DNA from: Amphiscolops sp. MND2022
Lineage: Eukaryota
NCBI GenBank assembly: GCA_964187785.1
Contig: OZ076409.1
Location: forward strand, 12,402,001 to 12,466,000
DNA: 64,000 nucleotides
Direction of reading: 5' to 3'
The notes under the pieces were generated by a model. That model was not told the origin of the DNA, did not search any database, and saw only the letters and a list, made by a program, of their open reading frames with translations. This document shows, piece by piece, positions 44,701-56,200 of this stretch. The position numbers and the translations under genes are program-made. The first letter of the stretch is position 1, and each line of letters begins with the position of its first letter.

Positions 44701-45428
44701 TGGACCTAATCAACAATTTTTCAAACCGACAGAACTTATCCCCTATGGAAGTATACTGAAGTAAGCCATTTTGAGAGTTAAAGACGTTTGAAAAGATAGA
44801 TTGCTGGACCTAATCAACAATTTTTCAAACCGACAGAACTTATCTCCTATGGAAGTACACTAAAGTAAGCCATTTTGAGAGTTAAAGACAAAAAAAACCT
44901 AAAATGCTGGACCTAATCAACAATTTTTCAAATCAACAGAACTTATCCCCTATGGAAGTACACTAAAGTAAGCCATTTTGAGAGTTAAAGACAGACAAAA
45001 AACTAAAATGCTGGACCTAACTAACAATTTTCCAAACCGGCGGAACTTATCCTCCATGGAAGTATACTGAAGCCATTTTGAGAGTTAGACTTAAATGCTG
45101 GAACTAATCAACAATTTTTCAAACCGACAGAACTTATCCCCTATGGAAGTATACTGAAGTAAGCCATTTTGAGGAATAAAGACATTTGAAAAGTTAAATT
45201 GCTGGACAGAATCAACAATTTTTCAAACCAAGAGAACTTATTCCATTTAGAAGTACACTAAAACAAGCAATTTTGAGACTTTAAGGCAAATAAAAAACTA
45301 AAATGCTGGACATAATCAACAATTTTTCAAACCCAAAAAACTTATCCCCTATGGAACTTAACAATGGTAAAAGCCCGTTATTCAAAACAATTATCCAATC
45401 AGACGTAGAATGTTCACTACACTCTTTG

Positions 45429-45515
45429 TTTTCAATAATGAAATCATATCTGGAATATCAACCCAATTCCCTCTCTCTTTCATTTTCAATAATAGAATCA
45501 TATCTGGAATATCAA
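45429..45515. repeat. Short direct repeat, 54-bp period, 2 copies
   Basis: TTTTCAATAAT(GA/AG)AATCATATCTGGAATATCAA at 45429 and 45483. Confidence 0.8.
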
Positions 45516-45940
45516 TAAAAACCCGTTCAATCAATATTTAGCGCAAAATTAATCACTGAACCAGTTTATACCGCCGTTAATTCTTCTCGGACCAAAAATA
45601 ATATAACTACTAAGCTGAATTGTCTTCGGCAGCTTGAGAAATTTAAATCTCTCGCTTACACTCACTGCCGAATACTCGCTCGCTTCATTGCACGAGAATT
45701 GAATTGTCTTCGGCAGCTTGAGAAATTTCAATCTCTCGCTTACACTCACTGCCGAATACTCGCTCGCTTCATTGCACGAAAATTGAATTGTCTTCGGCAG
45801 CTTGAGAAATTCAAATCTCTCGCTTACACTCACGGCCGAATAAAATATCTGAATTGTTCAGATCGTTCCAAAAATTGTTCTGAAAAGTAGACGTTTTCAG
45901 ATTTCAATAATATTCCTGCTAAAGCAGAAATATTAAGAAC
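45487..45940. mobile_element. Dispersed repeat (unclassified non-autonomous element), copy 1; related to 63579-63990
   Basis: Shares AATAATAGAA.CATATC, TAGCGCA.AATTAATCACT..ACCAGTTTA.ACCGCC.TTAATTCTTCT.GGAC, AATATAACTACTAAGC and TCGGCAGCTTGAGAAATTTAA.TCTC.CGCTTAC in the same order with the end of the window. Confidence 0.75.
45617..45841. repeat. 84-bp tandem repeat (~2.7 copies) with internal inverted repeat
   Basis: GAATTGTCTTCGGCAGCTTGAGAAAT starts at 45617, 45701 and 45785. Each unit has TTCGGCAG...CTGCCGAA (third copy CGGCCGAA). Confidence 0.92.
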
Positions 45941-46351
45941 GTCTTCAAGCGAAGTTCCTCAAAATTTTTTATATTTCCAAAAAACCTGGAAATTCAGAAA
46001 CAAATTCGAATTTCTGAATTTTTTGGGTGATTCAAGTTGAGGTTTTGTCTTACTTGAAAAACTGCAAATTTTCATTCGAAAGGGGTTTTGCATACCTTGA
46101 TAAATTGCTTGAAGCTTTTCGATCCGTCCAACTCATGAAGCTTTTCACAAGTATTCACTAAAATGTTTGACCTTTTTGGGTCAAGTTGAGGCTTTTTCTA
46201 TCAAAATTCAGTGACTTTTTTTCCGAAAAGCCAAGAGGATGTCAGCAGCAACTGGTGTTCAGCATTTCAACATCGAAACGTTTGATTTTTTTGCACTTTA
46301 TTGACTCATTGGGTTCATTCTGAAGTGTTTTTCTTCAGAAAAGCATACTGT

Positions 46352-46644
46352 ACACAGAGGCGAAGCGGTGCTTCGCAACACATGACGAAGACATTGATTA
46401 TTTTAATATGCGTACAAATATTATTTTAATCGCATGCGTATATATTCAACAGTTCAACTTTGTTCAATAACGTCCCTATGGCACAGTGGTCAAAACTTAT
46501 GCCGTGCAATCGGGAGGCTGCAGGTTCGAATCTCTCTGGGGTTTTGGCTCTTTTCTAAAAGGCGCTCATTATGCAGTTGACTATAGTGGAAAAAAACTTA
46601 CTTAGCTGGACTGCAATACACATTGACTTCGTCATGTGCAATAA
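46352..46644 (-). mobile_element. Helentron/DINE-1-like non-autonomous element, family A copy 1, carrying a tRNA-like cassette
   Basis: Hairpin GCGAAGC-GGT-GCTTCGC at 46360-46376. Inverted repeat CACATGACGAAGACATTG (46379) / CATTGACTTCGTCATGTG (46621-46638), 16/18 match, followed by AATAA. The same terminal 27-mer occurs at 59714. Confidence 0.65.
46472..46542 (+). pseudogene. Degenerate tRNA-like sequence (Pol III A and B boxes)
   Basis: A-box-like TGGCACAGTGG and B-box GGTTCGAATC at tRNA-like spacing. The T-stem and acceptor stem pair poorly, so it is not called a functional tRNA. Confidence 0.6.
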
Positions 46645-48447
46645 CTAGATTGTTCGCCTTTGAACGGTTTGAACTTTTTGACCTACAAAAATTTTCAGAA
46701 ATTGAACAGAATTTGCGTAAAAAACTGTATAAACGGTAACACTTTGGAATTTTTGACTTTGTTGGGTCTATTTAAGACCTATTTTTAATACAAATACATG
46801 TAACTCTTCACAAAGCCTACTGGACGACGAACTCATTTGTTGTTGAACGATTTCGAAGTTCAAATCCGCAAAAATGTCGAAAATTTTACGAGAATTGCGT
46901 TAAAAAAGTCAAAAAGTGCAAGATTTTGTGTTTTTTTACTTTTTCTGGTTGATATGTGAGATATGTGACCGATTTCTGTATTTATCCCCCAAAAACCTTC
47001 TAGAAAAAAAACTAATTCACTAAGTTCAACAAATTGACAAATATTGCAAGAAACCGGTAAAAAGCGCAAAAATTTTGGACTTCTTATCATTTTCGGAGTC
47101 AATTTAAAGTAAACTGAAAAGCCTACTAGACAACGGGTTTTTTTCTTGTTGAACGTTTCACACATTTTAATCCACGGACTTCATCGAAAACTTGAAAGAA
47201 ATTGCATAAAGTTAAAACATGGCCAATTTTGAACACGGACGGAAATTGTTGGAAAAAATTGGATCTTGAAAACTAGTTTCAAATAATTATTTCAGTGAAC
47301 GCCAACGTCGAGGTCACATTTCTAACGACGGGTTGGCCGACCAATCAGAAAAAGTCTAGACGTGTACGAAATTTATCTCGCTTCTAAGGAAAAATGCCTA
47401 ATCAATTGATCTTGGATGATAATTGCTCTCAAAACAAAAACCAATCGTGAATGAACAAAACATCAAATTGCATATCAAAACGAAGAGTTAGACTGAAATG
47501 AGAAGTCATTCAAAAAGTCACACGTTTCCAAGTTACCTTTTATAAAAATTTGGGTTTTGGATGGCGATTTATTCAGACTCAAAGTACCGACCAAATCTGT
47601 ATGGTGTATCCGAAACAGATGTTGTTGTGAATGATTGACAAGCGACAATATGAAACTTTTCAAAAAATATCAAGCTTTTGGTATCTTGACAAATGTCAAA
47701 TCTGTGCATTTTTTACGAGTACCATTTCTGAAGAAGCAAGCTAAAGTGCGACAAGTTACTAGGTGAACCTTAGAAAACGCAACGCAATAAAGCGTTTGAG
47801 CTCCCAAGTGTTTTAAATGTTTGTCAGCAAATGTATTAAAACAACTCTGAACATTACAATTCAGCTTGGTACTCATTGAAATTGGTAACTTTTTTCTAAG
47901 CCAAGAAGCTCACATACTAGGTGAACCAAAAAAGGAACGTACAAAAATTTTCGATCTCTCAAAGTTTCAATTAATTGTCAACAAAACTTTCACAACATTT
48001 TTGAACGATGCTGTCAATCATTCAAGTTGGCAACTTCACTTCGAACTTTCACGCATTAAAAGCGAGAGCAAAACGACAGGTCAAGACGTCTCGTGTTTTT
48101 ATGGTGGTTCGAGCCATCCTTACTTGAAGAAGCGATTACGTAACAGGAGCTTCATTCTAAACGACTGACTGAAAAATTGAAAGATTCTGTCTCGTGTTTA
48201 CAAATAATACGATTTTGAAGACGCAAATTTTGGTGTCTTCCGTTTTTTGTTTCACCTAGTATAAAATTTTGAACGAAAGGACTCGCTACAACGTCGACTT
48301 TTTGATAGTTCGGATCATTCTTTGAACTTTAGATTATCTAATGAGGGGATGATTGATTGACAGAGAAAGTGGAAGCTTTTCAAATGTCTTGTTTGCAAAA
48401 TTTACAATTTTGAAGAGTGGTTGCTTTGCGTGTTGTTTTTTGGATCA

Positions 48448-48553
48448 TCTATAGACCGTTTCAAAAAGTTCGCGACCGAAACCCCAATACGACATGCAGC
48501 CCCATATTGTGACAAGTACCTAGTCTAGCGAACTTCTTGAAACGGTCTATAGA
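48448..48553. mobile_element. ~102-106-bp MITE-like foldback with 24-26-bp terminal inverted repeats (also at 51795-51896 and 54479-54580)
   Basis: TATAGACCGTTTCAAAAAGTTCGC ... GCGAACTT(C/T)TTGAAACGGTCTATA. The 24-bp match is perfect in the third copy. Confidence 0.75.
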
Positions 48554-50019
48554 ATTCATGAACGTAATTACCGAGGACGGAGTTTCTGACGACTAAATAC
48601 TTTTTGTAACCAATATGAGTGTTCTGAAAGTTTCGACTTGATTTCATTGAAGGTCCGTGTGACAAGTTTTCTTTCAAAATAAAACTGGCTTTGTTTAAAG
48701 TGTCTGGTTTTAAATTTATTGGGACGATTTTCTTGTAATGGCCTTTGCCAGTTTCTTTTTAGATTCAGCAAGAAAAACGTCTATTCAAATGGTCATATCA
48801 CAGGTATTTCTTGAGAATCAGTGAGTACACATTTGTCTGATTTCGTGTTCAGCATTGTTTTTTTGGCAGCTAATCTAACAGTAACTTTTTTTCGTCAAAA
48901 TTTATTTATTAAGCATTTTAGTGTGATGATAAAACCTATCTCTTACATTTCTCGTGACGAACGAATTGATAAAAAAGGTTCAAGGACAAATGGAACTTCT
49001 TTCAAAACTTTACTCGAAATATGTGATGTTAATACATATCTTACCGTTGAGACTTCAAAGAGTCAATTTTGAGAGTAAATTTCTGCGGAAAATAGCTGCG
49101 AAAACCTGAATATAATGCAACAGACCAACTGTGTCGTTTTAAAAATCTGAGATTATAATTTCGAGAAAAAATTCGTGCTGTGGTTATTTAGGAAAGCTTC
49201 GCAAAAAAATTCACCAAGTTAGTTTTCTCAAATTATGAGGATTAAAATTCCCGATGTCAGATCTTTTTGGTTCAAGATCCAAATGTATTCTAAGGTTTGC
49301 ATTTCATTCATTATCAAAATGTCCATCACCTGTTGATTGTACCTTCATGTTTTCAGCTTTTAAGAAAATCAACATTTCCTGAAATTATTTTCTTGATGTA
49401 TGTATTCTCGACAGATAATAATGAAATTTGAACTGACAACCTTCAGCGAACTCAAACCTTTGGAGAGGAACTAACGGATGAGAAGAATGGCAAAGATTGA
49501 AGTTCAAGTTTTGAAACAGGTTTTACAGTCAAAATCGATCAAAATAGTTGGCACAAACCAAAAGTGCAGACCTAATACATATAACTTGCAAATTTTTGGT
49601 CGCGCCAGGGTCTAATTGACTGTAATGAAGTTTAGAATTTCAAAAAACCAAGTGGTTTCCAAGTTTCTAGTCAAAAGACTTATTCGATACATTTTACACA
49701 AAAAACGTCCGGAAAATGTATTCCACTACTGTGGTTCAGGTTGCTCCAAACGAGCTCTCTGCTTTCTACTGATACAGCATTCGAAAATCAAGAGTTTGTT
49801 TGCGTAAGCGTTATTTCTTTCCATCATTTTGTCTTGAAACCACGTCAGTATAACCTATGAAGTCGCTAAAAAAGCTTCAGATAAAATATGCAGACAGTCA
49901 TAGCAGTTCTAATACTCTTTGAGAAAACAGTTTACCGGTCGTGACCGAATCATCAATCATACCTCTTATTCCAAAAACCTGATTTCATGACGACACTAAT
50001 AAATCAAATATAGATCGCC

Positions 50020-50258
50020 TTTTATGGTGGCTTTTGGTAGTTTTTTTTTCAATTGACTCGAACTGACCGAAAACATGACCATCTTTTGGTTTTTGTAATG
50101 TTTCAGTTAGGAAAGTCTTGTTAGGAAACACTTTTTAGTGTTCACAAGGTTCTTCGGTTAGTTTTGACACATTTCTTCGAATCCACGCTTGGGCAAGTTC
50201 AAGACTGCTTTTTGAGCTTTAGGCGGCGCGCTGACTTCTGCCGATTCAGCCTTGTATT
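50020..50258 (+). mobile_element. Degenerate family B element inside unit U (also ~53330-53570 and ~56020-56258)
   Basis: GTGGCTTTT...TTTTTTCAAT...AACTGACC.AAA near the 5' side and CTTTTTGAGC.T.AG...GCGCTGACTT...CTTGT at the 3' side resemble 58925-59213 and 57120-57198. Confidence 0.55.
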
Positions 50259-53200
50259 CATCTTATCACACAATCGTGTTGATTGCTTAAATAAGCTAAA
50301 ATATCTAAATCCGCCATTAATTGTCACATAGTTTTCTCGACCCCAGCAAAATGATATCAGGCAAATATAACAGAAGTTGCCAACTCAGGGTAAACATATA
50401 GAAATTTATCAACCGCATTCACTGAATTAGGCCTAGTCGAATTGTGGCTAATTTCCAATTGCTAAAAAGTTTATTTTGTGCAACCATAAAAAACGGAACG
50501 CAATAAAGCGTTTGAGCTCCCAAGTGTTTTGTCATCGAAAACTTGAAAGAAATTGCATAAAGTTAAAACATGGCCAATTTTGAACACGGACGGAAATTGT
50601 TGGAAAAAATTGGAACTTGAAAACTAGTTTCAAATAATTATTTCAGTGAACGCCAACGTCGAGGTCACATTTCTAACGACGGGTTGGCCGACCAATCAGA
50701 AAAAGTCTAGACGTGTAAGAAATTTATCTCGCTTCTAAGGAAAAATGCCTAATCAATTGATCTTGGATGATAATTGCTCTCAAAACAAAAACCAATCGTA
50801 AATGAACAAAACATCAAATTGCATATCAAAACGAAGAGTTAGACTGAAATGAGAAGTCATTCAAAAAGTTCAACACACGTTCCCAAGTTACCTTTTATAA
50901 AAATTTTGGTTTTGGATGGCGGTTTATTCAGACTCAAAGTACCGACCAAATCTGTATGGTGTATCCGAAACAGATGTTGTTGTGAATGATTGACAAGCGA
51001 CAATATGAAACTTGTAAAGCTTTTGGTATCTTGACAAATTTCAAATCTGTGCATTTTTTACTAGTACCATTTCTGAAGAAGCAAGCTAAAGTGCGACAAA
51101 TTACTAGGTGAACCTTAGAAAACGGAACGCAATAAAGCGTTTGAGCTCCCAAGTGTTTTAAATGTTTGTCAGCAAATGTATTAAAACAACTCTGAACATT
51201 GCAATTCAGCTTGGTACTCATTGAAATTGGTAACTTTTTTCTAAGCCAAGAAGCTCACATACTAGGTGAACCAAAAAAGAAACGTACAAAAATTTTCGAT
51301 CTCTCAAAGTTTCAATTAATTGTCAACAAAACTTTCACAACATTTTTGAACGATGCTGTCAATCATTCAAGTTGGCAACTTCACTTCGAACTTTCACGCA
51401 TTAAAAGCGAGAGCAAAACGACCGGTCAAGACGTCTCGAGTTTTTATGGTGGTTCGAGCCATCCTTACTTGAAGAAGCGATTACGTAACAGGAGCTTCAT
51501 TCTAAACGACTGACTGAAAAATTGAAAGATTCTGTCTCGTGTTTACAAATAATACGATTTTGAAGACGCAAATTTTGGTGTCTTCCGTTTTTTGTTTCAC
51601 CTAGTATAAAATTTTGAACGAAAGGACTCGTTACAACGTCGACTTTTTGATAGTTCGGATCATTCTTTGAACTTTAGATTATCTAATGAGGGGATGATTG
51701 ATTGACAGAGAAAATGGAAGCTTTTCAAATGTCTTGTTTGCAAAATTTACAATTTTGAAGAGTGGTTGTTTTGCGTGTTGTTTTTTGGATCATCTATAGA
51801 CCGTTTCAAAACGTTCGGGACCGAAACCCCAATACGACATGCAGCCCCATATTGTGACAAGTACCTAGTCTAGCGAACTTTTTGAAACGGTCTATATAAA
51901 TCATGAACGTAATTGCCGAGGACGGAGTTTCTGACGATTAAATTTTTGTAACCATTATGAGTGTTCTGATAGTTTCGACTTGATTTCATTGAAGGTCCGT
52001 GTGACAAGTTTTCTTTCATAAGAAAAAACTGGCTTCGTTTAAAGTGTCTGGTCTTAAATTTATTGCGACGATTCTCTTGTAATGGCCTTCGCCAGTTTGT
52101 TTTCAAATTCAGCAAGAAAAACGTCTATCCAAATGGTCATATCACCGGTATTACTTGAGAATCAACGAGTAGACTTTTGTGTGATTTCGTGGTCAGCATT
52201 GTTTCTTGACAGCTAATCTAACAGTAAATTTTTTCGTCAAAATCCATTTACTAAGCATTTTTAGTGTGATGATAATACCTATCTCTTACATTTCTCACGA
52301 CGAACGAATTGATAAAAAAAAGATTCAAGGACAAGTGGAACTTCCTTCAAAATTTCATCTCGAAATCTGTGATGTTAATACATATCTTACTGTTGAGACT
52401 TCAAAGGGTCAATTTTGAGAGTAAATTTTTGCGGAAAATAGAGCGAAAACCTGAATATAGTGCAACAGACCAACTGTGTCATTTTAAAAATCTGAGATTA
52501 TAATTTCGAGAAAAGTTCCGTGCGGTGGATATTTAGGAAAGCTTCGCAAAAAAGTTCACCAAGTTAGTTTCTCAATTTTTGAGGATTAAAATTCCCGATG
52601 TCAGATCTTTTTGGTTCAAGATCCAAATGTATTCTAAGGTTTGCATTTCATTCATTATCAAAATGTCCATCACCTGTTGATTGCACCTTCATGTTTTCAG
52701 CTTTTAAGAAAGTCAACATTTCCTGAAATTATTTTCTTGATGTATGTATTCTCGACAGATAATAATGAAATTTGAATTGACAATCTTCAGCGAACTCAAA
52801 CCTTTGGAGAGGAACTAACGGATGAGAATATTGGCAAACATTGAAGTTCAGGTTTCGAAACAGGTTTTACAGTCAAAATCGATCAAAATAGTTGGCACAA
52901 ACCAAAGTGCAGACCTAATACATATAACTTGCAAATTTTTGGTCGCGCCAGGGTCTAATTGACTGTAATGAAGTTTAGAATTTCAAAAAACCAAGTGGTT
53001 TTCAAGTTTCTAGTCAAAAGATTTATTCGATACATTTTACACAAAAAACGTCCGGAAAATGTATTCCACTACTGTGGTTCAGGTTGCTCCAAACGAGCTC
53101 TCTGCTTTTTACTGATACAGCATTCGAAAATCAAGAGTTTGTTTGCTTAAGCGTTATTTCTTTCCATCATTTTGTCTTGAAACCACGCCAGTATAACCTA

Positions 53201-56200
53201 TGAAGTCAGTCATAGCAGTTCTAATACTCTTTGGGAAAACAGTTTACCGGTCGTGACCGAATCATCAATCATACCTCTTATTCCAAAAACCTGATTTCAT
53301 GACGACACTAATAATAACATATATAGATCGCCTTTTATAGTGGCTTTTGGTAGTTTTTTTTTCAATTGACTCGAACTGACCGAAAACATGACCATCTTTT
53401 GGTTTTTGTAATGTTTCAGTTAGGAAAGTCTTGTTAGGAAACACTTTTTAGTGTTCACAAGGTTCTTCGGTTATTTTTGACACATTTCTTCGAATCCACG
53501 CTTGGGCAAGTTCAAGACTGCTTTTTGAGCTTTAGGCGGTGCGCTGACTTCTGCCGATTCAGCCTTGTATTCATCTTATCACACAATCGTGTTGATTGCT
53601 TAAATAAGCTAAAATATCTGAATCCGCCATTAATTGTCACATAGTTTTCTCGACCCCAGCAAAATGATATCAGGCAAATATAACAGAAGTTGCCAACTCA
53701 GGGTAAACATATGGAAGTTTATCAACCGCATTCACTGAATTAGGCCTAGTCGAATTTTGGCTAATTTCCAATTGCTGAAAAGTTTATTTTGTGCCACCAT
53801 AGAAAACGGAACGCAATAAAGCGTTTGAGCTCCCAAGTGCTTCAAAGATTTGTCAACAAATGCATCAAAACAACTCTGAACATTACAATTCAGCTTGACA
53901 CTCATTGAAACTGGTAACTTTTTTCTAAGCCAAGAAGCTCACATACTAGGTGAACCAAAAAAGGAACGTACAAAAATTTTCGATCTCCTTAAGATTTAAT
54001 CAATTGTCAACAAAACTTTCACAATATTTTTGAACGATGCTGTCAATCATTCAAGGTGGCAACTTCATTTCGAACTTTCACGCATTAAAAGCGAGAGCAA
54101 AACGACCGGTCAAGACGTCTCGAGTTTTTGTGGTGGTTCGAGCCATCCTTACTTGAAGAAGCGATTACGTAACAGGAGCTTCATTCTAAACGACTGACTG
54201 AAAAATTGAAAGATTCTGTCTCGTGTTTACAAATAATACGATTTTGAAGACGCAAATTTTGGTGTCTTCCGTTTTTTGTTTCACCTAGTATAAAATTTTG
54301 AACGAAAGGACTCGTTACAACGTCGACTTTTTGATAGTTCGGATCATTCTTTGAACTTTAGATTATCTAATGAGGGGATGATTGATTGACAGAGAAAGTG
54401 GAAGCTTTTCAAATGTCTTGTTTGCAAAATTTACAATTTTGAAGAGTGGTTGTTTTGCGTGTTGTTTTTTGGATCATCTATAGACCGTTTCAAAAAGTTC
54501 GCGACCGAAACCCCAATACGACATGCAGCCCCATATTGTGACAAGTACCTAGTCTAGCGAACTTTTTGAAACGGTCTATATAATTCATGAACGTAATTAC
54601 CGAGGACAGAGTTTCTGACGATTAAATTTTTGTAACCATTATGAGTGTTCTGATAGTTTCGACTTGATTTCATTGAAGGTCCGTGTGACAAGTTTTCTTT
54701 CATAATAAAAACTGGCTTCGTTTAAAGTGTCTGGTCTTAAATTTATTGCGACGATTCTCTTGTAATGGCCTTCGCCAGTTTGTTTTTAAATTCAGCAAAA
54801 AAACGTCTATTCAAATGGTCATATCACCGGTATTACTTGAGAATCAACGAGTAGACTTTTGTGTGATTTCGTGTTCAGCATTGTTTCTTGACAGCTAATC
54901 TAACAGTAAATTTTTTCGTCAAAATCCATTTACAAAGCATTTTTAGTGTGATGATAATACCTATCTCTTACATTTCTCACGACGAACGAATTGATAAAAA
55001 AAAAGATTCAAGGACAAGTGGAACTTCCTTCAAAATTTCATCTCGAAATCTGTGATGTTAATACATATCTTACTGTTGAGACTTCAAAGGGTCAATTTTG
55101 AGAGTAAATTTTTGCGGAAAATAGAGCGAAAACCTGAATATAATGCAACAGACCAACTGTGTCATTTTAAAAATCTGAGATTATAATTTCGAGAAAAGTT
55201 CCGTGCGGTGGATATTTAGGAAAGCTTCGCAAAAAAGTTCACCAAGTTAGTTTCTCAAATTTTGAGGATTAAAATTCCCGATGTCAGATCTTTTTGGTTC
55301 AAGATCCAAATGTATTCTAAGGTTTGCATTTCATTCATTATCAAAATGTCCATCACCTGTTGATTGTACCTTCATGTTTTCAGCTTTTAAGAAAGTCAAC
55401 ATTTCCTGAAATTATTTTCTTGATGTATGTATTCTCGACAGATAATGAAATTTGAATTGACAATCTTCAGCGAACTCAAACCTTTGGAGAGGAACTAATG
55501 GATGAGAAAATTGGCAAACATTGAAGTTCAAGTATTGAAGCAGGTTTTACAGTCAAAATCGATCAAAATAGTTGGCACAAACCAAAGTGCAGACCTAATA
55601 CATATAACGTGCAAATTTTTGGTCGCGTCAGGGTCTAATTGACTGTAATGAAACTTAGAATTTCAAAAAACCAAGTGGTTTTCAAGTTTCTAGTCAAAAG
55701 ACTTATTCGATACATTCTACACAAAAAACGTCCGGAAAATGTATTCCACTACTGTGGTTCAGGTTGCTCCAAACGGTCTCTGCTTTTTACTGATACAGCA
55801 TTCGAAAATCAAGAGTTTGTTTGCGAAAGTGTTATTTCTTTCCATCATTTTGTCTTGAAATCACGTCAGTATGACCTATGAAGTCGCTAAAAAAGCTTCA
55901 GATAATAAATGCAGGCAGTCATAGCAGTTCTAATACTCTTTGGGAAAACAGTATCGATCATAACTCTTATTCCAAAAACCTGATTTCATGACGACACTAA
56001 TAAATCAAATATAGATCGCCTTTTATAGTGGCTTTTGGTAGTTTTTTTTCAATTCACTCAAACTGACCGAAAACATGACCATCTTTTGGTTTTTGTGATG
56101 TTTCAGTTAGGAAAGTCTTGTTAGGAAACACTTTTTAGTGTTCACAAGGTTCTTCGGATATTTTTGACACATTTCTTCGAATCCACGCTTGAGCATGTTC

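Larger units (their letters stand above)
1..45356. repeat. Satellite DNA array, ~104-bp monomer, ~435-440 head-to-tail copies with higher-order repeat structure
   Basis: Consensus read by eye: CCGACAGAACTTATCCCCTATGGAAGTACACTAAAGTAAGCCATTTTGAGAGTTAAAGACAAATAAAAAACTAAAATGCTGGACATAATCAACAATTTTTCAAA (104 nt). GAGAGAACTT recurs at 1 and 105. The repeat continues in one orientation to ...CTTATCCCCTATGGAA at 45356. Confidence 0.98.

Noticed and set aside
1..45356. CRISPR-like array (conserved block alternating with variable block)
   Set aside because: The variable parts are homologous variants of one another, not unique spacers. There are no cas genes and the context is eukaryotic.
45549..45890. 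ORFs with a 28-aa repeated peptide
   Set aside because: They are a by-product of the 84-bp tandem repeat, open on both strands, with no recognisable domain.
46472..46542. Functional tRNA gene (also 60484-60562)
   Set aside because: The stems do not pair into a full cloverleaf and both lie inside repeat elements. They are kept only as tRNA-like.
46811..47157. Short diverged direct repeat AAAGCCTACT.GAC.ACG...TTGTTGAACG (~46812 and ~47118)
   Set aside because: Only two short diverged matches; no boundaries or element structure could be defined.
47475..55881. Short ORFs in X/U units as transposase, histone or rDNA repeat genes
   Set aside because: No recognisable motifs, frames differ between copies through indels, and no rRNA, 5S or snRNA similarity was seen by eye.
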